DNA of 64,000 nucleotides from Chrysomallon squamiferum (GCA_012295275.1 CM022670.1:40982001-41046000); one strand, 5' to 3'. Counted from the first letter of the stretch, positions 1-13,964 are shown. The notes: generated by a model not told the origin, from the letters alone. A program made the numbers and translations.

Positions 1-469
1 TAGTTTTTAAATAAATAAATAAATACATTTTTTTTTAAAAGGCTACCATTCCGTAATTTTAGCTAAACCTTTGTAAAATTTTGTTTCTTTTCAGCAACAA
101 GTTTGACGAATGATACGTAAAACTTTACAAATCGTGCTAAAATTAATGTACTGTTTTGACATTTTCACAGTAAAACGAGAAAAATTAAATTTGTTAAAGT
201 AACGTATTGGCTGATAATGTATGGCAACAAGCTACTGGGTGTGTCAGATAAAAATGTATATTTAGTTAAACCATTAAACTGTTGACAAAAAAAACTTCTA
301 AGTTCTGGGAGTTTAGTTTTCAAACTGTCTTTACGTGAACATTTTAATATTGTTTCTGTTTCTTACAAAATTAATGCGCATATCAAAATCCGTCATTTCG
401 TCCATAACTTATCGTTAACTTTTTATTATTTTTAAAAAAATTATGACAAGTTTTAACAGTTTCGTTTCT

Positions 470-760
470 AGAACATACTCACTTTTCAAGAGAGAATCGC
501 GAAATGTCAGTTATTGCAGTTTCAAGTTTTTAAAAAGCATTCTGATCTTGCCAAAATGCAATTTGTTGACCCTCGTGTTGGTTTTAACGAAAACTGATTT
601 ATAGCGGAAGGTGGATTTATACTGCTAAATTCCTGGATCACCAAGGTTTGATACGTTCCACTGTCGGAGTACAAACATGGCGAACTCAAATCAGCCTTCA
701 TCTTACCGGGTTTTTAATCAGCACACAGCGGAAATACGCAAACCGGAAATAACATAATTA
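470..760. promoter_or_regulatory. Promoter-like island, possibly the non-coding first exon of a minus-strand gene running off the left edge
   Basis: CpG-rich patch with ETS-like GCGGAAG, GCGGAAAT and CCGGAAAT, YY1-like AACATGGCG and TCGCGA. Minus-strand donor consensus GTGAGTAT at ~482 and GTAAGA at ~706. Confidence 0.4.
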
Positions 761-933
761 TCTCCCTCATTTCTGCATCTTTACACTAAAATGATTTGAT
801 TATATTATTACGACTAAATTAAACTGTTTATATCTTCAGTATACATGTTGCTACTGATAAATTTGAAAATATGTAACGCAACAAAAGGAATTCTTGTTGT
901 TGTTTGTGTTTTGGGGGATATGTTTATGTTTTT

Positions 934-936
<3 letters not shown>

Positions 937-990
<54 letters not shown>
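937..990. repeat. (TC)n microsatellite
   Basis: Direct. Confidence 0.95.
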
Positions 991-996
<6 letters not shown>

Positions 997-1148
997 CCTT
1001 ATCTTTTTATTCATGTATCATTGGTTATTTTTTTCTGGGTCTCTTAATAGTCAGTTTTTTTTCGTTTGCATATTTATTGTGGTGATTTGACTGTTTCCCG
1101 TGAATCAGCCATTTGTGTGTTTGTACGTGTTTATACCTGTCTGTATAC

Positions 1149-1179
<31 letters not shown>

Positions 1180-1367
1180 CGTACGTGTTGGTGTTATCGT
1201 GTGGTAACTATGAACAAATGACATTAACTGTTTGTTGCTGTTGGGCTTGTTTTCTTGTTTGATTTTATGTTGTGAGGGTTTTTTGTTGGGGGTGAGTGAT
1301 TTGGATGTTTTAAATTATTATTAGATTTTCTTCTCTGCATATAATAGTATGGTTTTGTTTTTCTTTT

Positions 1368-1398
<31 letters not shown>

Positions 1399-2007
1399 TT
1401 TTATTATTTATATATTTTATTTTATTTTTTTTTTTTTTTTTTTTTTTATTACACCTTTCTTCTTCTTCTTTATTGAAAAAAAATAATAATCTGACGTGGA
1501 GATTTCCACTTACGTCAAGAGAACACAGAAAAGACAGGGTTAGTTAGTACAGCTTTGTAAGTGATATTTATAGCTTTTAAATGTACTGAAATATTCTAAA
1601 CGAGAAATGTTATACTCTTTTAGAGCACCTTATTTTTCTTCACTTTTCCTTTTTTTTGTGTGTGTGGGGGTTTTTATGGGTTTTTTTATGTTTTTCTTCG
1701 TGTATTTTTTCTCTCTCTTTGTATTTTTTTTAATACTTTATTATCTTTTAATGATAACCAAATAATATTTACAAAAAATAAAATGAAATAAAATTTGTAC
1801 ATTATAATTATGTATGTATGTATGTATGTATGTATATGTTAAATGTATCTCTTCTTGAATTAACTTGAAAAAAAAAAAAAGATAATAGATTATACAGAAT
1901 TCGAGAACTGACAAATGAGATACTGAAAAAGGAATGACTAAAAATATCTTTGCACTCGTTTTACAGTGCGATTGTTTAGTTGTTTTGATAAGATAATGAT
2001 GACGATG

Positions 2008-2062
<55 letters not shown>

Positions 2063-2134
2063 GTCTGTTGGTTTGTACTGTGATGGACTTTTTTTATTAT
2101 TTTTTTTTTTCGTAGTTTTTTGTTGTTCTTCTTG

Positions 2135-2168
<34 letters not shown>

Positions 2169-2547
2169 TATTTATTTTTGTATTTTATCTTTTTCTTCTT
2201 TAAATATCTTTTGTTGTTGTTTTTGAGTAAAAAAAATTAGATTAAACTTATAGTTTAAATAGGTTTTATATACTTTGTTATATATGAATCTTTTTTTTTC
2301 TTCTGTCTCCTAATGATATCAAAAAACAAAAAACTAACAAACAAACAAAATAACAAACAAAAACAAATAAGTAAGTAAATGAAAGTATATACATAGTAAG
2401 TACATAAGAAAACGCTCTATCTATCATAACGTTAGCGAAATCACTGGTTGTACTGGCTAAGTATTTTGCAGTGTTAACAGAACATTTCCGATGATTAATT
2501 TCACGAAGCTGTTTGTATAAGATTCAGTCATGATTTTCTGAACTTGC

Positions 2548-2602
<55 letters not shown>

Positions 2603-2799
2603 AATAAATAAATAAATAATATCTCAAATAGTGTCTTTCCTCTATTCACGATACAGTATTTATTAATTTAAAAAGAAAAAATAGTTTTAGTTCATGCCTA
2701 TTAGGTCCCACCATTATATCTCGGAAGAAAAAATATATCATACTAAGGAACGGTTTTGATGTCAAACCTTTGATACCAAAATTAGATTTACCGAAGATC

Positions 2800-3130
2800 T
2801 AAAAGGTTCGCGCTGGAAACAACAGCTGAACCGAATATTTTCAGTACTAGAGAGGAAGCGGCGAGGGCAGATAATTATTTCCGGTTTGCCTAGTTTCCGT
2901 TTGTACACTTAAAATGATTATTAACGTAAATGTCTGTTTGTTTGTCTACATGCCAAAACACTTAAAATAATTACATGTTCATTGGCTGCATCAGAATGTA
3001 CTTAACCGGTCTGAAATGCTCAAAGCTCTGGCACAGAAGGTGACAGTCGCAGAGGAAAACCCATAAACATTAACAAATCCACGTTACTTACTTTCCTCTG
3101 CGCGTAGATGTTTGGTTCCTTCAGGTATTT
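2800..3130. promoter_or_regulatory. Promoter-like CpG island with no linked CDS
   Basis: TTCCGG/TTTCCG (ETS-like), ATTGG (CCAAT) and CGCG clusters. Donor-like sites on both strands at ~3091 (-) and ~3125 (+). Confidence 0.3.
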
Positions 3131-6100
3131 TTATTTTTATTTTTTATTTTCTATTTTTTTAAAATTTTGTTGTTGTTGTTGTTGTTTGGGGTTTTATTTT
3201 ATTTTATTTTTTTTTTTACATTTTCCCCACTTATTTTAACACACACATGGCCACACACACACACACACACAGAGTATATATTGCAGTTTAACAAATCAAA
3301 ATCAGATCAGTTTAGCATGTTTTCAATAAACTTGGTTATTGTGAAGTGTTATTAGATTGAGCAACACACCGATGTCATGAACTTCCCTCGTCTAGACGTG
3401 TCTGAATTAGAGCCCATCCACTAGAACAAGATATTGATTAGAATTCACTTTTCATTTAGTGCATAATGTTACTTTAATACTGTTTCCAGCAGACAACTGC
3501 AGATAATTATGTAAAACTGAAACAGTGTTTGGCAAGCAAGCAGTTTGCTAACTTGTTTTTAATTTCGTTAGATTAGCCAGTGTATCGCCGATTTTAGAAA
3601 CACATTTTTTTAATTTGTTTCATTGAAGATTACGTGAAGTTAAAAAGTTCCATACCATGGAGCTGGTCAAAATTGATTGTTAAATCATGTTCTCCGGTCA
3701 AAGCTATTTCTGAAAAACCAGCAGATACGGTCCACATCATATATATCAATACATGAAAGTCTCGTGGTATCTGTATGAATCAGTTATAGGTTTATTGATC
3801 TCCCATAGTAAGTGTATACCTTGTTGATCAAGTGTAAATATGTAACAAAATACAACACAGAAAATAATTATGATTATATATAAATGGAAATCCAGCATTT
3901 CCTTGAACTCAGCATCAGAATTAAAAAATAATAATATTAAGAATTAACGAATAAAAAAATAAAAATAAATAGTTAAAAAAAAAATTAGGATCATTGTTTT
4001 TGATTTTTATCCCTTTTTAATATTTTATTTATTTTTTTGTTTGTGAACAAACACACACACACATACAGTGAAGGAGAGAGAGAAAAAAAGAGTATATAAG
4101 AACTAAAAATAAACAAATCCAATAAAACTACTCAACAAAAGAAAGACAAATCTGAACTGGTATGTGAGTCATGTTTAATCAATACACACACAATAGTAAT
4201 AGTAGTAGTATTCTGTACTTTCACAGCAGTTAGGTAACAAATGTACTCACAGTATACAATTGCATTTCTGTAATTTACACACACCATTGCAACCAATCAC
4301 AGCTCAGTTGACAAAAACATGAAACAAGGGGCATAACTCCGTGTGGCTACTACAAGAAAAACAAACAATTTGAACATTTTCCTAAGGTTGCACTACACCG
4401 AATGATGAAGAGATCAGATAATACATACATTAGGATAGTGTTTGAATAAAAATGGGTTTAAAATAATTTAAATAAATACTAAAATACATTTAAAGAATTT
4501 ATGCAGACTTGTTTTTATAAATATATTTTGGTTATAACAGTTGGGACAGAAATCAAATATGGTATTTCAGATGTCAGAATTTATTATTTTACATTATAGC
4601 TGTTTTACTCTACATATTACAGAATGAGTAAAGAAAAAATGAACTTGTCACAAGTGACAAAATGGATTGGTATAATGCAACCAATAATTATTTATTTTTA
4701 TTTTTTTCAAACACAAAAAAAATAAAATATCTGATCAACATTTGTAAACACTGAGATTACTTTCACAACTAATATGACAGACAACACTTGTAAGTATGTA
4801 CTCTCAAAGATAAATATAAATTATGACAACAGCTCTCTCATCTCTGGTAAATATCCTTAAAACTTGTAGTTACTGGGTTCACATCCAGTTCATTGCTCCT
4901 AGTAAGAGGAATACAGAGATATGTCAGAACATTCCATCCTTCCTGCTGACAGGTCAGTCAGCATGTGAACAAATAAACTGTGCAAATCTACATTTACACT
5001 CTTCATTAACTGTTAATACACGAACATTTCAAAATGTTGATTGTATATTCTGACTAGATACCCAAGTTTAAAAAAAAACATTTTAAAAAATTACTGCAGC
5101 ACAAAAATCTTTGTTATACATTTCTTTAACATAAACACTTTATTTTACTTGATTTTTTTAGTCTATACAGTTAAATTGGGAAAGAATCCTATCCTTTCCT
5201 TCAAACTGAATTAAAAAGCACAATACATATGTATCTGTTGAAATTAGAGCCATTTATAAATCATAAATATATAAAATCACTGTGGAAGCCATATTGTTAT
5301 CACACGAAGTATATAGATATATATATATACAATCACTTTTGTATTGTTAATTAAATTAATAATGTTGCCAACAGCTGGAACAAAACAATTTATTGACATT
5401 ATTGTTAATAAAAAGTATATAATAAAAATAACAATACAAAAACCAAACAAACAACTAGAAACTGTCCTGCAGAAATAACAGTTGAAATAAGAAATAAAAC
5501 AAAAAAATTTCAATAGTTGTTTGAATTCTTAATTTTTGTCAACTTTCAACATGGAATGTAAATATTATGTTGGTCTGCAAAAAAAAAATGATTATATGAG
5601 TAACCACAAAAAATCTATTCAAACTGAGTGATTGTGGGACTAAGGGTTTATTTCTGAAATTATTACATCACTAATATTTATCCCTGCTAAACCCTTTGGC
5701 AGTATAACATGTAATGTTGGAAAAAAATAATAATAGTAATAATAATAATCATAATAATAATAACAGTAGCAGTAATAACAAAAAATATTAATAACAATAA
5801 CAAAATTAATAAGTTAAAAATATACAGAATAAAATAGATTAATCTCTTTTCTTTCATCAGCTGGCCATTTGTAATTTTAAACTTGTGTGTGTTTTACATT
5901 TCTGTGTTAATTAAATACTGCATACATACATAAATACTTAAACCTACTGGTACCTGAGAATTGAAGTTGTGTTAAATGTAACAGATCTCTAAACATTGGG
6001 TACATTTATATACATTAATCATTGTATTGCCTGCTGTTAACAGAACGCTAAATTCAAAATAATAAACAGACTAAATAAAAACAACATTTTTCTCTGAACT

Positions 6101-6550
6101 GAGAGACACATGGACAGACAGAAAGTGGGGAGCAACAGAGAGGAGATAAATTAACACAAAATTTAAATCTTATTCAATTCTGTTTCAATAGTAAATGATA
6201 AACTTAAATTAAAAACTGCACCAAGTAAATTAAATTGTACATAAGAACAATAATAATAATAATAATAATAATAACTAAAATGATATGGCAAATATTACTA
6301 TAATTTTCATTTTAATAAATATAGTTAATAAAAAGAAATAAATTCTGTTTAAAGTATCAACACATTGATTATTTATTTATGTTGTTATATAGTAAAAGGA
6401 CAGTTTGAAATGGTTGTTTCAGTATTGTAGTCTAGATTTAAACGTCATAATTTAAGTTTCACAAAATGAAACACCAGCAAGACATTTCAATTCAAACTGG
6501 TCAGTTGTAACTGGCCATAAAACAAATGTCCAGGCAGAAACAGAGCTGAA

Positions 6551-6868
6551 AGGTGAATTTGACCTGATACAAGTAACAACAGATGAATTTGAATTTGACC
6601 TGATACAAGTAACAGATGAATTTGAATTTGACCTGATACAAGTAACAGGTGAATTTGAATTTGACCTGATACAAGTAACAGGTGAATTTGAATTTGACCT
6701 GATACAAGTAACAGGTGATTTTGAATTTGACCTGATACAAGTAACAGATGAATATAACCTGATACAAGTAACAGGTGAATTTGAATTTGACCTGGTACAA
6801 GTAACAGGTGAATATAACCTGATACAAGTAACAGGTGAATTTGAATTTGACCTGATACAAATAACAGT
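6551..6868. repeat. Minisatellite, 33/27-bp units (ACAGGTGAATTTGAATTTGACCTGATACAAGTA), ~10 copies
   Basis: Directly visible. It generates the ORF-track entries 6452-6871 and 6501-6998. Confidence 0.95.
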
Positions 6869-8566
6869 CATACAATGTTATTTTAAATAACAGGTGAAAA
6901 TGACATATACATTTTATAGCTAAAAAAACATGTTTACCAATAAGAGATATCTGCACATTCAATTTACTGCAACAAAACACAAAAACATAAGTATACACAT
7001 ACCTATTTTACATATGTACTGACATACAAATAAATATATACAAAGTAATAATGATCAAAATGCAAATACTGATGTTGGTACTGAATACAATACTATTTTC
7101 GATCAGTATATGTTCCAGAAAATGCAAAATAAAGCAAAAACTTATTTTGGTAAGTCGCTAGTTCAACATTTTGTGTTCCCATCTGTAAACTTTCAACAGC
7201 AAGGAATGAAAGAAAGCCAAGCAAGATGTCTTCTCAGTAAAACACATATTTTGTAAACAGTTGAAATGTCCAAACAAAAAAACAAAAAAAAACATAATGT
7301 TAATTGTTTAAATTTTACTGGGTTCTGCTAAAAAAATTATTATGAAAAGATAGTAATAATTTATGTAAAGTTTATTTGTGATAACTGAAAGGTTTACAGA
7401 TAAGAAGACAGTAACGAAAAAAACAAATTCTGTGTTTTAAATTTTTTCTTCTAAATTTTCTTTTATATATTTTTATTATTATTATAAAAAGCATACTGTA
7501 ACTCTGGGTTTATAACATTAAAACTGACAAAACAAACTTTATTTTTACAACACAGATGGTGATGAATTATCACAATTTCTTTAATTCTAATCTCAGATAA
7601 ATTTTCTCCATAATCTTAATTATCTCACCATAAAAATATGTTCCTTTAAATTTTAATATTTTTAAAACAGACTTTTTGTCTTAATTTCACACACAGAGCT
7701 TTGCAATCTGAAAACAGATCCAGACATTCAGGACTAACACTGCACCAACAGAACATTCAGTTACTTGTATTCACTGAGTCAGTTACCAACCACTGACATT
7801 AACCTGAATAAAAACAAATTTAGCACTGAAGTTTTATTATGTGAAGCTTCGTAGCAGCCGATGAATTCAAAATGACTCTTTTGTTTTTCCTTTTGATGAC
7901 AAGTGATGAACATGATACACAACTTGATTTGTCAAATCACTATTTCATTATTCATTGTTAGGCCAATATTACAGACATATTCCTACTTTTAAAACAAATT
8001 ATCTCTGTTTATATTTATGATCTGAACTGATCAAAACAATGTTTTTTTTTTTTTTTTAAATTATTCTTTTACTTCTTTACAAATTACCTAAAGTAAAATT
8101 TGCTGATTTAACCCATTATTTATTATTATTATTATTTTTTTATTATTTATCATTCTTTTTGTCTGTCCAGTCAAACAAAGCCTACTTTGTGTTTTATTCA
8201 CAAAACTTTCATTGTTTTCTGTAAATAATTCTAATTCAGTTAGACGACATTTTAACCTAACCAATTTAACATGTCTGACTTCTGACAAATACTTTAACTT
8301 TCACAAAACCAGTTTGTACAATCCTTCTGTTACTTAATACACTTCTTTGTTTCATTTTCTTTCAGCATCTCTTTTTTAAAATCATTTTTCTACAATTACA
8401 ATATTCATCTTCCTCTTTACAAATATCTGAATTCCAGTATCTTAATTTCATAAATCAGTAAATGGTGACATTATTTCTAAAGAGTTTCACTCTTCCTAAC
8501 GTAATGAAAACCTGTGTAAGTTGTCTTTACCAAAGCCACACAAAGAAAGTAAACAAAGAGTCAGTT

Positions 8567-9065
8567 TTAGCTGGCTTTCTTCCCGCTGGATTCGATCTCC
8601 AGACTCTGCCACTCGTCGTCCTCCTCATTCGCCCACACTTCATTGTCCCAGCCCTTGTTGTCATTCCCGCCCGAGCCCCCGGACTCCCCCAGGTCCAGCA
8701 GGTTTCCAACGAGTGGCTCTTTCTGCTTCGACTGGTACCCAGTGTCCCACTCCGCATCGTTCCAGCCGTCATTTTTCACTTTCGACGACTTCTTCGACTC
8801 TTTTGGCTCCTTGGACTTTTTGCTGGGCACTGACGAGTTCTGAGCAGCACCGCTGCCCCAGTCCTCCCAGTCGTCCTGGATCAGCTTCTTCTTCGACGAC
8901 GGCGACGTGTCGTTCAACCATGCCTCATACTCGTCTTCGTTACCTGCAGACCAGTCGGAACCTTTCTTCGCGCTCTTGTCTCCATTTTTGTCCCCAGCTC
9001 CCTCCTGGCCCCAGTCCCCCCACGAGTCATCCTCCTCCGACAGCAGTCTGTTCTTACTGGGATCT
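8567..9065 (-). CDS. ARFGAP1: ARFGAP1 terminal coding exon (Trp/Asp/Glu-rich tail)
   Basis: ttacag acceptor at 9066-9071. GC-rich open frame DPSKNRLL...DDWEDW...GWDNEVW...KKAS, stop TAA at 8567-8569. Confidence 0.9.
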
Positions 9066-12000
9066 CTGTAATAAAATTTGTTAATTTTAGAAATATTTTC
9101 CAGATATTTGTTTTTAATTATTTTGATACACAGCCAATGAACTATATTCACTGCAACAGAAATAATATCACATTAAAACTAAATATTAGTAAAGAAGAAG
9201 TGTTATTTATCTCTGACTCTAAGTCATTCATAAGTAGTAATTTCAAAATAGCGTTTGAAGTTGTTTTAACTGAAAAGAAGAAATAAAACAAATTGGAAAA
9301 AAAAAAAAATAATAAAATAAAAAATTCTTCTGAGAATTCATAACCCAAAATTAAAGAGAAAAAAAAATCTTAAAATATAATAATAATTTAAATGATTAAA
9401 AAAAAAAAAAAAAAAAAACAGTTACTAAATAATAAAAAAAAATAATTATAATAAAATTTAATTAAATAAACAAATTATATATATTTTTTCATTAACATAT
9501 TACAATATTAAAACAAGAAGTGTGTGTTTACCCATTACTGCCGTACCCCTTGGTTCCTAGCAGCGAGGTTTTCTCCCCTGGACTCGTGTCAGCTGTAGCC
9601 AGAGTCGTCTTGGGATCCCCCCACAGAGAGGACAGATCTTTCCATCCCTTAGTACTAGCCGCTGTCAACTGTCAAATAAAACATTCTCAACATTGTCAAC
9701 TGTCAAATAAAACATTCTCAACATTGTCAACTGTCAAATAAAACATTCTCAACATCAAAATAAAACATTCTCAACATTGCCAACTATCAAAATAAAACAT
9801 TCTCAACTATAAAACATCCTCAACATCAAAATAAAACATTCTCAACATTGTCAACTATTAAGATAAAACAGTCTCTGCAGACCACACTGTACTGAAAGCT
9901 GGGTTATCTGCCCGACACAGGATGAAAGAAAAAAGAGAAGGGCGACTCTTACACCTCCTTGTACACAGAAATACAACCAAATACAAACACACACACACAC
10001 ACAGTGCTTAGTCCTCTCAGTAAATAAATGTGTTAGCATCTTTTGAAGAATTAACAAAACAATCCCTTGAAAGTACAGAAACATGTATTCAACCTCTTTG
10101 GTGATAAGAAGGGTACCAACATCCAATAACAAAATGGTTAACGGTGTTATCCAATAAAATGTTTAATATGATATCCAATAACAAATTTTTTAACTGATAT
10201 CCAATAACAAAATGTTTAACTGTGATAAGTGGTAGAAGACAATGCGTGCACTGATGAAATTGTAACACACAAGACTCTGTTATTAGCTGAGGTATCCACA
10301 CATTCCTTTTTATACATCATTTCGTTAATCGTCACGTTTTAGTGGCACACACTGACAACAAATACCAAGGATCAGCTGCACTTTCGTCACTGAAGATGTT
10401 TAAGAGATTTACGAGTTCGAATCATCACAGGTAAAGTTTGGCTCTTTTCTTACCTTTGATGCAAATCCACTCATGGAGCTTCCTACGTCATTTATCAGTG
10501 TTCCGTCTTTCACCTGTAATTATATTTTAACTCGTTAATTCTACCTGTCATAGGTACCAAAATGTACATTTATCTAAACTGAAATTCTGGTTCAATTAAT
10601 CTGAAAAAAATCCACATAATAATAATAACTACAAAAAATAAAAAAACCATTCCATTAATATAACCATAACATTCAAATGAATAACTGTGTTTTGTATATT
10701 AACTGTTTACCTACAATAAAATTTATTTATTTATTTATCCTAATAAAATTGTTTTAAATGCTTTAATGGATTTTATTTTTATTTATTTATTTATTTTAAT
10801 ATTACATTATTTATTGTAAATAAATAATATAAATTCTTATATACTTTAATCTTTATTTTAAAAAGTTCATTTATTTTTTCATTTAATAACATACTGTTTT
10901 ATTTCCACTGATGAGTCAGACACACTATATTTAAAAAAAGTAAATATAATTAAATTTTCACTTTACTCAAACATGTTAGTAAAAGAAGTTCCAGTAGAAA
11001 AAGAACAGAATTAAACACTCGAACATTGAAGAAAATAAAGAATAAAACCAAGTACTTAGCAAATTTTAAAAACTGTTTTGTTAACCAGTAAAGAAATGAA
11101 ATAAAGAATGGGGAGGGGTAAAAGTGAGAATTGACAGACAAGTGTAAGTAGAAATTAAACAGCTGGGAATTTAGGATAGGCACAAAACTGAGTCACACAT
11201 TGTTAAACTTGTGTGTGTAATACACTTCTGTGTTCATTAAATACCTGTTACAAATACACCTTCATGTACCTGACAATTACATATATCATTTATTTATTTA
11301 GTTTATTTTTATATTATTTTTTCTTTTTTCTTTCTTGTTTTATGAACAATTTTAATGATGCATATATATTTTTTCTCCTAATAAATAAATAATAATAAAA
11401 AACAACAATAATCTATTAAATAATGTATTCAATACATTTATGTTTCCATGGCAGCATATGAAAGATTAAGGATTAAACCGACAGTGCAGGAAAACCTGCT
11501 TATACATCATGACACACCAACTTTTATCTTTTCCTTCTCATAAACAGCAATATTTTTGCATGATATTTGATAAACAGGTTATGCATGGGGAATATTGAAA
11601 AGGAACTTTAGTAAATAAAGAAAAAATAATTAATTTTAAAATTAAATATATAATTATAAATAAATAAAACAGATTGAAAATTAGATATTTCAGTCACGGT
11701 TGGGTGATTATCTGGACTATCAGATTCTCAGTATAAAATTATTTTCTATTCCTGATAATGAATCCAAACAGTAGCACTCTGATTACATAGAAACAAGAAA
11801 AAGTAATTTATCGTCGTATTAATTTCAAATTATTTCGGTAAAAACAAATTCCAATATCTTTCTGCATTTTTCAATAAAGCAGACCATCGTGACATTTCTG
11901 TGACAAATTAACCTGAGCTGTCAGATGCAAGTAATCTTTATCACATCAATTCACAGCTCACTGCAACACAGAAATGCAGAGTTCATTCAATTTCAAACTG

Positions 12001-13905
12001 AGGCCTGTCCTAAACTACAACACCATAAAACATGACTATTATTACATACTAGCTCAATGAACATTTTATTTCTATATATATATATATATACACATATATA
12101 TATAAATAAAGAAACAAATGTTGATTTAAGTTATGAACTAAATTATAACACCATAAAACGTAATAAAATTATTACCTACGAGTTAAATGAATATTTTATT
12201 TCTTTTTTTCTTATATTTATTTATTTATTTATTTATTTATATATATATATTTATAATATTTATTTATTAAAAAAAATTAGGGTTGGGCCTTGGGGTATAC
12301 TGTTGTTGTTTAGCAAGCAATGTCAGGGTAATATCCATGTCTAATAATGGTTTATTTTTATGCAACAGGGATAAGTGTTTTGTCTTCTGTGTATAGAAAT
12401 ATCAAGCCTATTAGGCCACCACTTACAGAAAGCTGCAGTATACTTAGACATGCAGTTACGTAATCATCAATAATCACAATCATTAATCATAATGTTTATA
12501 TATAGCTAGCTGTACTGTCACTGGTATTAGATTTTTACTGTTGTATAGATTTTTCTCTGTTGTAATTATCATCTACTTTATTTTTTATTTTTTAAACTGT
12601 AATAAATTAAACATTTATAAAATTAATGAAATTTTATATTGTAATTATAAGTAATTTTATTATTTTATAGTTCAAAATATTAAATGATGTATCTACATTT
12701 CATAATCTACTATTAAAGCTCATGCAAAATGCTTATTTTTTCATATTGTTTTCAATAATATAATAATAATATTGATAACAATAATGATAAAAATAATAAT
12801 CAATTAATTAATAACTAATGATAATAATATTCAATAATAAATAGTAATAACATCCTTTTACTTAATAATAACATTTCACATTTAAGTTTAAACACATATA
12901 TGATATCTATTACAAATTATATCACACTTATTCTTAGGTATTCTTTCAATAAATATCAGTTTTAATAATGATACTGAACATTTATATATAAATATATCCA
13001 CACACAATCAATTTTAAAAACTGAAAATAAAAATCTGAAATTAAGTACAAATAATAAAAAAAACAATAAAAAATATCTACTATTTTTTGTTGTGAATCAT
13101 TTGGTTTGGGGGTTATAATAATTATACAGAAAAAATTAGTGACATAAATATAGATAGACAGACAGACAGACAGATAGATACAAAGTCAGCAAAGCCAACA
13201 TCTGTGTTATATATCAATAGAAATAATATAACAGCATACAGAAAATATACAAATAAATAAAACAAACAAATAAACATATAAATGCTAGTGAAAAGGAACA
13301 AAGTAAAAAAAGCCAAGCAATGAAATGTTTTTTTAAAAAAAAAAAAGGAAAGAACCAGGCATGCAGTTTAACCAAGCAATACAAACAAACTAGCTGTGAG
13401 TATGAGCAAAAGTGGTGAGTTATGACTCACTTTATCAGCCAGACTGGACACAGAGGCAGATACAGTGTCCACAAGAGTGCCATCTATTACCTGGACAACA
13501 ACAGAACACCAGTAACAACAGCAATCAAACCAAAAGTACTGACTACAAAAATGTACACCACACAACCAAACACGAAAAACTGTTTATTTTCTTTCTGTAA
13601 AAGTTTTACTGTGTCAATCACTTTTTTCTTTCTTTTTTTTTTTCTTTTTTAATTTTTCTGGGTTTTTTTTTGTTTTTTTAAACTTTTTTTTTCTTCCAGT
13701 TTTGATGGTGTGATATACAAAACGTGCACAAATCATAACAAAAATAAAAAGTAAAATAAAAACTACAGAAATCGATCTATGGATTCTCATGAAATTAAAC
13801 TACTGTTGACTGTAATGAAGGCTTCTAGTAACAGTTAACTGTGTTATAATCAAAGCTAAACTTACTAAACACAAAAATATTTCTGCAAGCAGTGACTGTG
13901 ATTAG

Positions 13906-13964
<59 letters not shown>

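Noticed and set aside
814-1090. ER- or LS-repeat ORFs
   Set aside because: (TC)n microsatellite artefacts.
6452-6998. Repetitive-protein ORFs (SPVTCIRSNSN / TCYLYQVKFKF)
   Set aside because: Open only because the repeat units are multiples of 3. No splice or homology support.
8462-9084. Plus-strand ORFs of 123 and 187 aa
   Set aside because: Antisense shadows of the GC-rich ARFGAP1 last exon.
13431-13483. Alternative-frame ATG in exon 9a giving a signal-peptide-like [17 protein letters not shown]
   Set aside because: Hits TGA immediately after splicing to either exon 9b or exon 10.
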